Position numbers and translations under genes: made by a program
Part shown: one piece after another, positions 35,920 through 46,289 of the stretch
Layout: each line of letters starts with the position of its first letter
Numbering within the stretch: the first letter of the stretch is position 1
The notes under the pieces: generated by a model
Seen by the model: the letters and a program-made list of their open reading frames with translations, nothing else
What the model was told of the DNA's origin: nothing
Database searches by the model: none
Assembly: GCF_022045235.1 (NCBI RefSeq)
Contig: NW_027266276.1
Location: 15,500,001 to 15,564,000 of the forward strand
DNA from: Haliotis cracherodii
Lineage: Eukaryota
Reading direction: 5' to 3'
Length of the DNA stretch: 64,000 nt

Positions 35920-36975
35920 GTGGCTATTCCCGTTGGTCATATTTTCCATTGGATTAACATGGAGGAGGGTGCTCCAGAAACGGTAGTTTGCCTACTACGT
36001 AAAAGGGACCGACGCCTCCCAAATTATTTCAAATGTGTACCAATCTGTACCCATTGTGCTGTGTGTACCCTTCGCCTTCCGCTTGGAGTTAGGCAGCAAA
36101 CCTATGTTACTACTTGGAAAACTATGCCGATCCAGTTACAGCTGTGTCTTTAAAGGGGTATTCATTACTCGCCTTGGGCAGTTTAGATACGAAATAGCGT
36201 TGGATAACCTCAAAAAACGATGTGCTTTGTCACCTGTATATAACATGCTCAGACTTGTCAAAAAATACAATCTTAATGCAGAAATAGAAGATTATCTAAT
36301 TAAATGTAGCTTCCCAAGTAAAAAGGCATGGTCTGATATTGTTAAGGAAAGGATTATTTTTGCAGACCAGGAAGCTGTATGCTCTAAGCTGCTATCTAGA
36401 CTTAACTTAAATAGATATGTTTCGCTACGTAATGATAAAGAACACAGACTCTGGCTACTTGCACTTGAACGTCCTGAACAGTTCCCAAACCTGTCTCATC
36501 TTGTACGGCTGGGATGCATAAATATAGAATCCAGGGAATGTCGATGTGGAATTGTAGCTCATGATATTATTAAGCATGTCTTTTTGTATTGTACATTGAA
36601 TATGAATGACAGAAATGAACTATTTGAAATCATTTGTGATGTGATAGATGTCTCTACATTTGCAAGACTATGTAGTGAGGACGATGATATAATCCTGTCT
36701 GTACTACTAGGCGGTATGCCTGAGTGTGTTAGCTCTTTATCTCAAAGTCTATGGGGTGACCTTATGGTTATTGTGTCAAGACATTGTAGGAAATGGCTGT
36801 ATCTGTTACAAAACAGTTATAAGAATGCTTGATTGTCATGCATTTTGTAGTTATCATTTCTAATAATATTGTTCAATTGTACTACTGTACAGCTCTGTAA
36901 TTATACATAATATCATGTATGATATGTATCTTCAATATCTGGAGGAAATAAAGAATATGTATCTATCTATCTATC
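35920..36975 (+). mobile_element. 5'-truncated non-LTR retrotransposon (ORF2 C-terminus and tail)
   Basis: ORF 36035-36832 has LLLGKLCR...FITRL, FPSKKAWSDIVK and a CCHC finger (CRCG..DIIKHVFLYC); it is followed by GGAGGAAATAAAG and a (TATC)n tail. Confidence 0.8.
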
Positions 36976-37070
36976 AGCTCACGATCAAGCTTATAACTCT
37001 TATCAAACACGATCATGAGCTTATAACACTTATCAACCAACCATACAGATATACTTCAGTTGAGGAGGAG

Positions 37071-37712
37071 TGTTCTGAAGACATGTCTGTTCATTAAAAA
37101 TGTGCTCCAAAACGCACCCGGAGCCTATAGATCGCGCTTCACGTGCACTCGTGTTAGTTTTAAATAAAGAATATGTTCTTCAAAACACACCCGATGCATA
37201 ACGATCGCATCGCCTGAACACACCAACGTATGGCTGTGACTGCACGTGAAATGTGAGGATGTGAGCAAATATAAGGCGGTAGCGCGCATCAGTTAGACAG
37301 TTGGTCATAGTTCGCTAGAGAGTTGGTCAGAGCTGGTTAGAGAGTTCGCTAGATGGTTAGTAAGATGGTTAGAGAGTTAGAGAGTTGGGGAGAGTTCGTT
37401 AGAATGTTCGTTAGAGAGCGGATGAGTTAGATGGTGTTAGACATGGCGTTAGACAGTGTTTGACAGTGTTAAGACTTCCTTAGGAGTAGCTGTTAAGAAT
37501 AAGCATTTAGTTTCTATCATTTGAGGTTTATTCATCTTTTCTTCATATAATAACAGGTAATCACGTTTAGTTCCTTATAGATCTTCATAGTTTTATAACA
37601 GGTTATCACGTTTAGTTCCTGGATTCATACAAAAAAGGTAAGTCATACAAATTTTACATTAGTTTTCATTTAAGTTAAACCACGCTCAAATATTCAGTTC
37701 CACTGCGCAACA
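37071..37712 (+). repeat. 5' LTR
   Basis: TGTTCTGAAG...GCGCAACA; TATAA at 37270; GTTAG-rich internal repeats. Confidence 0.97.
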
Positions 37713-37714
37713 TT

Positions 37715-37734
37715 TGGTAGCAGAGCGTGGTTTC
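37715..37734 (+). promoter_or_regulatory. Primer binding site complementary to the 3' end of initiator tRNA-Met
   Basis: TGGTAGCAGAGCGTGGTTTC, 2 nt after the LTR; TGGTAGCAGAG matches the animal tRNA-iMet acceptor end. Confidence 0.88.
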
Positions 37735-37814
37735 TCTGGTTAGAATATTTTAGTTTTGTATTAGGCTTTCGTTAGTTTAGCATTAGGTATAGCTGACTGT
37801 TACATGCAAGCATT

Positions 37815-40800
37815 ATGTCGCAGTTAGGGTCTGCGAGTAAGGCGGAAATAGAAAAGGATACTTCTTCAGACGTAGCGCTGAAACAGTACACTTCTTCAGA
37901 CGTTGGACTAAAACAGAACACTTCTGAGCTTGAGCTAAAAATAGCTAAACTTAAGCATCAGAAAACTATTTCAAAGTCAGCTTTGACAAAATCAAAGAAC
38001 AAATTGTTGAATTTAGTTGAACTTGAGACACCAGATTGTAAGACAATTAGGAGTCTAATTGATCAGGTAAGTTTTCTGCAAAGCAAGGCTATAGGTCTCA
38101 TAGTGGAATTACTAGAAGCCTACAACTGGGTTGGTGACCTAGAGAAAGTTCAGAAAACTAGTAAGGAGATAGAAACTGTTGAAGATGAAATTGAACTTGC
38201 CCTTGATAAGGCTGAAACATTTCTTAAGAATAGATCACATGTTAGTTCGGACGCAAAAAGCATTCAGTCAGAAATGTTAAGGTCTCGCCAATTCGATGCG
38301 AATCGGTCGCATGACTTGGACAGTGGTGGCACTGGACAAATCAGTAACCAAGGTTACAAACATGCTGCGTTCAATTTAGGCCATTTTCAACAAAGGTCAA
38401 ATATGGATATGAAACGGACACCAGTCCCAGATAACACAAAAGGGTGTTATACAACTTCAGGTAAGTCATCTAGGCAACACAATTTAGGTGAAGACATGTG
38501 GAAACAATTGAGGAGAGTTTCCATTCCAGTATTTTCTGGCGATGTCAGAGAATATGAAGGCTGGAAGTCTGCTTTTATGGCATGTGTTGATAAAGCTCCA
38601 GCCACCAATGAATATAAACTTCTGCAATTGAAGCAGTACCTTTCTGGAGAAGCAGCACACATAGTTGCAAGGCTAGGTCACAGTGCTTCGGTCTATGATG
38701 TAGCCTTGGAGAGATTGGACAGAAAATATGGCGGCAGGAGACGCCAGGTAGCATTGCAATTGGAAGAAATATACAATTTCAAGCCAATACGATTAGGGAA
38801 TGCTAAGGATATGGACAGATTTGCAGACATGCTTGATGTAGCTGTAGTCAGTCTGAGGGAATCTGATAAAATAGAGGAACTTGGTAGTGGATGTTTGTAT
38901 TCACTACTGGTTAAGAAAATGAATGAGCCTATGATTACTCAGTTCCACAGATGGTTATTTGAGCACCAAAGACAAGAGTCTGTTGAGACGCTTAGGGAAT
39001 GGATTCTGCAAGAAGCAGAGTTCCAAACGATAGCTTCAGAGGTAAAACATGGAATAGCTGATAGGTCAAAGACAACAGACAAGAGAGATAGTTCTAAGAA
39101 AGGAACATATGCAACCACACACAATAAAACTAGGGCAAGGCAATGTCATGTGTGTCATGAAGCAGATCATGACACTTCAGATTGCACAGAGTTTAAATCT
39201 ATGGGCTTGCCTAAACGCTGGGAAAGGGCAAAACAGTTAGGTTTATGCTTTCGTTGCCTTGATATCGGTCATCTGGGAAGATCGTGTAGCAGAGTTTTGA
39301 AGTGTGGGATTGATGGTTGTAAAGCAAATCATAACAGGTTACTTCATGATCAAACCAAAGTTACAAGCAGTGCTAGGGCCGTCAGTGGTAATGTAGAGAT
39401 GAAACATACCACAACAAGAACACCACAAGCAGGTAGGTCAGAAACAATCACCATGGCAACTTCTAAGCAGGAAGGTCATTACCTTTCACTCAGGACAGTT
39501 CCTGTTATCCTGAAAAATGGTCAGCACAGAATGATGGTTAATGCCTTGCTGGATGATGCCAGCACGCATACTTACATCAACGAGGATGTAGCAGCAGAAC
39601 TTGGTGTTCAAGGTCAGACACAGCAAGTGTCAGTCAATGTCCTCAATGACAAACAGGAAATATTTGATAGTATGCTGATTGATATTGGCTTAGAAAGTAC
39701 TGATGGTTCCGTTGACATGAACATCACAGCTTTGACAACTACCAAAGTAACAGGTAGAATGGAAGTCATTGATTGGCGAAAACATGCCAAGGAATGGCCA
39801 CATTTGATGAAAATAAAATTTCCAAAGGTAAGTTCTCGTCCAAGAGTTGACATCCTGTTAGGTATGGATTATTTAGAGCTGCATTCCTCTCTTAAAGAGG
39901 TCCGTGGAGCTCAAGGAGAGCCTGTGGCTCGGTTGACACCCTTAGGTTGGACCTGTGTTGGTGCTGTATCAGGTTCAGACAAAACACATGTAGCAGGTTC
40001 CTTCTTCATCAGAAATACAGAAATAGAAGCAATCGCAGATACAGATATTGAATCTTTGATTCACTCATTTTGGGAGTCTGAAAGCATTTCAGGTTTGACA
40101 TCGATTAGAAGCATTGATGAGAATGATGCAGTTAAGGCTGTAGAACAGTCCCTTGTTTACAAAGCAGACAAATATCAGGTTGGCATTCCATGGAAGGAGG
40201 GTCATGAGAATCTGAAAAACAACTATGACATGGCATACAATCGTCTTCTTAATTTAGAAAGGAAGTTGTCAAAGGATCAAACGATTTCGGGAGCCTACAA
40301 TGAAGTCATAGAACAATACCTGAAAAAAGGTTACATCAGAAAGGTACCTGAAACAGAAATAGATCAAAGTAAATGGTACTTACCACATTTTCCAGTCATT
40401 AAACCAGACAGAAGTACAACAAAGGTAAGAATCGTATTTGACGCATCTGCAAAGAATAAAGGCATATCTTTAAATGATGTCATTCATCAAGGACCAAAAC
40501 TCCAGAATGATCTATTTGAGATCTTGCTTCGTTTTCGCAAACATCCTGTTGCAATCATTTGCGATATTGCTGAAATGTACCTTCAAATTGAAGTCGCTCA
40601 GGATGACCGTCCATATCTAAGGTTTCTTTGGAGGTCTATGGATCTGAACAAAAAGCCAGATGTGTTTGAGTTCTCAAAGGTTGTGTTTGGACTAAATTGT
40701 TCCCCCTTTTTAGCTCAGCATGTTCTTGAGTGATATACTAAGTCCATGGAGAAAGAACTTCCATTGGCTGCAGCAACCGTGGAAAAGTCAACATATATGG

Positions 40801-43361
40801 ATGACAATATGGATTCCGTTGACACAAATAGCAAAGCTATAGAGCTTTACAAACAGCTGCAACAGCTGTGGAGTACAGCAGGTATGCACGCTCGTAAGTG
40901 GGTTTCCAATTCCGTGCAAGTTCTCCAAGAAATACCAGAAGAGGATAGATTGAAAGAGATTAATATTCAAATGAGTGAATTGCCATCTGTAAAAGCACTG
41001 GGCTTACTGTGGAATGCAGAATCAGATGAGTTTAGATTTTCTTTCATGTCCTTAAAGCAGGATATCAAGATGACTAAGAGGAATTTCTTGAAAGAAACTG
41101 CTAAGCTGTTTGATCCTCTTGGGTTCTTAGGTCCATTCATCATTAGGGCAAGGGTTCTTCTGCAAGAGATGTGGATATCAGGTGTTAACTGGGATGAAAC
41201 CCTCAGTCCAGATCTGGAACAAAAAGCATGGTCATGGTACCTTGAAATTGAAAAGTTGTGTTCTGTTAAAATTCCAAGGGGGCTTGAGGTTAGCTTAGAT
41301 ACTTCAAAGATGAAGTTGCACACATTTGTAGATGCTTCAGAGGCAGCATTTGGAGCTGTGGTATATTTAGTAACCACTCGTGAAGATGACACAAAGTCGA
41401 GTTATCTAGTTGCTTCCAAGTGCCATGTTGCTCCCCTCAAGGCAGTTAGTATGCCTCGATTGGAGCTGCTTGCGGCAGTTCTGGGTGTACGACTGTTACT
41501 GGCTATAACAAAGGCATTAGAATTACCTTTGCAGCGTGCAACGCTATGGTCAGACAGCCAGAACGTACTGTGGTGGATCAAAAGACAGAGTCGGTGTTTT
41601 AAGCCATTTGTAGCAAATAGGATTGGATATATACAGGAGCATACAAACATCAGTCAGTGGAAATACGTACCATCCAAACTGAATGCTGCAGACATTCTTA
41701 GTAGAGGTGTAGACGCTGAAGCACTTTTGACAGAGAAATGGCTGAATGGACCTGAATTTATGACACATGATGAAACTGAATGGCCGAAGCAAACCATTCT
41801 CATGGACAATACTGAGACATCAGAACTGAAGAAGCCTTCTTCTCAAGTAAACATCGCCATGTTTACTAAGTCTGATCCAATCTCTTGGAGATTAGCGCCA
41901 GCTAGATTTTCTAGTTGGAAGAGATTGTGTAGAGTGTCGGCATGGATCTTTCGATTTCTGAACAACGCTAGGGTTCCATATTCACTAAGGAAAAAGGGTG
42001 AACTTGATCCTGAAGAAATTGAGGACGCCGAAACTACAATTATGGTCAGGACTCAAAGAGAAGAATTTTCTGATGACTACTCGTCACTGATGAGGAAATC
42101 AAACTTGCCTTCAAACAGCAAGTTGTTTGGCTTACAGCCTTACGTTGATAAAAATGGGTTGATGAGGACAGGAGGGAGACTCAGATTTGCTGACGTATTG
42201 TCATTCAGTGCCAGATTTCCAATTATACTCCCTAGACATAGTTGGGTCACCAAACTGATTGTCAAGTTTTACCATGAGCAGGTCAATCACACAGGTACGA
42301 ACAGTACGTTATCAGCAGTTTCATCTAGGTTTTGGATTATTTCAGCTAGAGAGGAAATTCGTCAGTGGGAAAGAGAATGTTCTTGGTGTAGACGACAAAA
42401 AGCCAAACCAGCGCATCAGATAATGGCAGACCTACCGAAGATCAGAGTGAGGTGTACAATGAAAGCATTTGTGACAACAGGTGTGGACTATGCAGGTCCC
42501 TTTTTCACTGTACAGGGTCGAGGCAAGAGTCGACAGAAACGTTATCTCTGCCTTTTCACATGTTTGTCAACCCGAGCGGTTCATTTAGAAATGGCATTCG
42601 GTTTAGACACGGATTCCTTTCTGAATGCCCTGTTTCGTATGGCCCACAGACGAGGTATGCCAAAGGAGGTAATCTCGGATAATGGAACCAACTTTGTTGG
42701 TGCTGCAAAGGAGCTGAAGCAGCTCATTTCTGGACTAAACTCGGATGTGATTAAGTCAACCTTGGCAAACAAAAGTGTGAAGTGGTTGTTTAATCCTCCA
42801 CACGCACCATATTTTGGAGGTGTTTTCGAGTCTTTAGTGAAGTCAGCAAAACGGGCTATCTATGCTATACTGAGTTCAGGTGACGTCAGTGATGAAGAGC
42901 TGATGACAGCCTTTACAGGAGCTGAAGCTCTTCTGAATTCTAGGCCTTTGACCTATCAAAGTGCACATCCACAGGATGATGTGCCTCTTACGCCCAACCA
43001 TTTCCTACATGGTCAGGTGGGTGGAGATTTCGCACCAGAGTTAGACTCTACCTCGTTCAGCCCAAAGAAGCGATGGAGGAGAGTTCAAGAACTCATCAGA
43101 CATGTGTGGAAACGATGGATGAGGGAGTGGCTCCCGACTCTCAACATTAGAAAGAAATGGTTTACACCATCCAGAGACATACAGGTTGATGACGTTGTCA
43201 TTGTGGTATCTCCAGATACTCCTCGTGGAGTTTGGCCTCTTGGCAGAGTTCTCAAAACGTATCCTGGAAAGGATGATCACGTGCGCGTCCTTGATGTTCA
43301 AGTTGGCAAAACAGTCTTGAAAAGACCTATCACGAAGGTCTGCCCTCTTGAATGGAGTTGA
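37815..43361 (+). CDS. BEL/Pao Gag-Pol polyprotein, interrupted by one in-frame TGA at 40731-40733
   Basis: ORFs 37815-40733 and 40746-43361 are in the same frame. Zinc knuckles CHVCHEADHDTSDC and CFRCLDIGHLGRSC; protease ALLDDAS; RT DIAEMYLQI, FGLNCSPF, YMDD; RNase H FVDASEAAFG; integrase H-H-C-C, GVDYAGP, SDNGTNF, GGVFE. Confidence 0.93.
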
Positions 43362-43478
43362 GTTCTGAAATTGTCAAATTGGATAACAGCAACAATTGTA
43401 CATACTCATAGATTCATATTCCTTTTTTCAGTTTCTTCTAAGTTTAGTCGGTTTTCATGATAGACATGGATCTATCAT

Positions 43479-43489
43479 GGAGGGGGGCA
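43479..43489 (+). promoter_or_regulatory. Polypurine tract
   Basis: GGAGGGGGGCA immediately before the 3' LTR. Confidence 0.9.
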
Positions 43490-44131
43490 TGTTCTGAAGA
43501 CATGTCTGTTCATTAAAAATGTGCTCCAAAACGCACCCGGAGCCTATAGATCGCGCTTCACGTGCACTCGTGTTAGTTTTAAATAAAGAATATGTTCTTC
43601 AAAACACACCCGATGCATAACGATCGCATCGCCTGAACACACCAACGTATGGCTGTGACTGCACGTGAAATGTGAGGATGTGAGCAAATATAAGGCGGTA
43701 GCGCGCATCAGTTAGACAGTTGGTCATAGTTCGCTAGAGAGTTGGTCAGAGCTGGTTAGAGAGTTCGCTAGATGGTTAGTAAGATGGTTAGAGAGTTAGA
43801 GAGTTGGGGAGAGTTCGTTAGAATGTTCGTTAGAGAGCGGATGAGTTAGATGGTGTTAGACATGGCGTTAGACAGTGTTTGACAGTGTTAAGACTTCCTT
43901 AGGAGTAGCTGTTAAGAATAAGCATTTAGTTTCTATCATTTGAGGTTTATTCATCTTTTCTTCATATAATAACAGGTAATCACGTTTAGTTCCTTATAGA
44001 TCTTCATAGTTTTATAACAGGTTATCACGTTTAGTTCCTGGATTCATACAAAAAAGGTAAGTCATACAAATTTTACATTAGTTTTCATTTAAGTTAAACC
44101 ACGCTCAAATATTCAGTTCCACTGCGCAACA
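43490..44131 (+). repeat. 3' LTR
   Basis: Same length as the 5' LTR; no difference seen by eye. Confidence 0.97.
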
Positions 44132-44404
44132 AGGAGAGACAGCCAAACAACACTTCTTCTCAAATCCAAGTTATTAGAGGTTCAATTTTCAACCACGCTG
44201 ACAGACGTGAGCAATTTCAATCAACCTGTCGCACTTCATGACGCTCTTCAAATTAATGACCATTTACTTCTTCCTCGCTGTTACTATGAAAGGCCGTGTT
44301 GAGTCTTTCCTTCCGTCGTCCCTCATGGTGTCCCAGTCCATCAGTTACCAATGGGGTTGTAGCGTCATAACTTCATTTCCATCACCAATGTTAAAGGAAT
44401 TTAA

Positions 44405-44547
44405 AGACTGTCCAGTGGTTGACATTATGATCATCGATCCACGCAATCTAGGATACGATGACATGCATCAACCAAGTCAGCGAGTTTGTCGCCTCTTACG
44501 AGAAGCATGGGTTGCTGAAGATGTATTCTAATCCGGATCTACATGGG
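44405..44547 (-). mobile_element. SINE family A copy (deleted)
   Basis: Reverse complement CCCATGTAGATCCGGATTAGAATACATCTTCAGCAACCCATG... Confidence 0.8.
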
Positions 44548-45071
44548 TAGGATTTAAGTGAAAAACTAAATGGTTTAATAACTTTGGTGTTGTAGATAAT
44601 TGTTTTCGATAGGACATGCGCTATGCACCTTAGTGTTTATTTTGTAAAAACGAACACTCTCGTTTTGCCGACCAGGGATCAACAATGTTGCGCTCTCCGC
44701 CATTGTCATCTGATGCCAGATTGAACTGCATTAATCCAGTGAAATAACCAGTTTTCTTTATCTTTTTGGGATATAAAGATACCATCATGTTTCTATTTTT
44801 GTTAATTTAATAAAATTAATAAATGCATATCAGATAGTGAAATTTCTGAACATTTTGTGCCAATTCTGTACCTGATTTGAATGGTTTTAAGACGAATGGA
44901 CGATGTTTTTCTAAGATATAATGTATTTTCGGACTTGTTAAAACAACTACACATCAATGTAAAAAGAGGCACAGTTTGTCGGTATAATTCAAATTATTAA
45001 ATTCATATAGTTTTATACAGAAACATCTAAAAACTTTAAAAATATTCAACAAAACTTGAGAAGAGAACAAT

Positions 45072-45216
45072 ATTTCAATGACTTCCATTAATGAGGAGAG
45101 AACTCATTTCAATGACTTCCATTAATGAGGAGAGAACTCTATTTTAATGACTTCCATTAATGAGGAGAGAACTATTTCAACGACTTCCATTAATGAGGAG
45201 AAAACTATTTCAATGA
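45072..45216. repeat. ~34-bp tandem repeat, 4 copies
   Basis: Unit ATTTCAATGACTTCCATTAATGAGGAGAGAACT(C). Confidence 0.9.
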
Positions 45217-46207
45217 ATTGTTGTATTTAACTTCATGACGCTCTTCAAATTAATTCAGCTGTCTAAGAGTGAGGTAGTTATGTGGATCGCCATTCTGATG
45301 TGAAGTCAGTGATGCGCTTTTATAGCTACTATAATATTGGTCCGAACAAGTAATTATTGTAAATTTCGATTGTATCGTTCAATGATCTCTGCATATCGAT
45401 TGTAGCTAAATCCTAAGCTCGCGAACGTAGGAATGTAATAACTGTGGTGCTAAAAATACTTTGTGCAAACGGGCCCGGATCCATTCCGTCGACTGCGTGT
45501 CATCGTACCTCGACTGCGTGGGTCTTTGCTCATAATATCGATCACTGGGTGGGATGGTCCAGACTCGATTATTGATAGGCCCCTGAATGCATATTTGCTT
45601 TACAACAACGTTGTAAAACTGAAGGCATATTCTAAATTCAAGTAATAAATTGTTAGTGGACATGTATTTGTTATTCATGTATGGTAACACACATGATTCG
45701 TGATCCCACAAGGACACTACTGCCTTGCCCGCGGAAGACATTTTCTAGAAAAACTGGATAGAATTATATCAATACATGCCGTTGTGCAAAACAACCTTAG
45801 CACTACGATTGTCGTAGTGTGTGTTAAGGTATGGGAGATCACATTAGCGCTAAGATCGCTTTGTACAACGGCACCCTGCATGATCCCCGCTTCATATTTA
45901 ATACAGAAAGGATGCTTACAACACAATATAGCACGGAGATTCGTGAAACCTCGAGGCAGGGCTGCACGAAGGAACGAGAGCTCAGGGGCTTACTTAAGAT
46001 GTCCTCAGTCACGATTATACCGACAGGTCGGGTGTCATGACCCATCTCTCACCTTCGCTATATTCTTCTAATCCTTATTCCGGGCCTATGTGCTAGACTA
46101 AGTGGCGAGGTGAGGCATAATGTATCAAGAGCAGCTGTAGAGATAAGATAATTATGTTTGTCTGACACAACTGTTCCACACAAGCAGTGCACATGTTACG
46201 GTCAGCA

Positions 46208-46289
46208 ATGGCGGGTCTCCTGTGTTTGTTGTTATGGCTCGGGGTTTGTGCTGCAGCTGATCTCACAAAGCTGGAATGGTCTGACTGTG
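46208..46289 (+). CDS. GM2A: GM2AP-like exon 1
   Basis: MAGLLCLLLWLGVCAAADLTKLEWSDC; donor gtatgt. Confidence 0.88.

Larger units (their letters stand above)
37071..44131 (+). mobile_element. Full-length BEL/Pao LTR retrotransposon
   Basis: TG...CA LTRs of 642 bp; TSD AGGAG (37066-37070, 44132-44136); PBS; PPT; Gag-PR-RT-RH-IN order with three Gag zinc knuckles. Confidence 0.97.

Noticed and set aside
45999-46109. Alternative signal-peptide-like first exon (..VS*PISHLRYILLILIPGLC..) for the GM2AP-like gene, or Sec read-through
   Set aside because: In-frame TGA, wrong phase for exon 2, and a clean exon 1 exists at 46208
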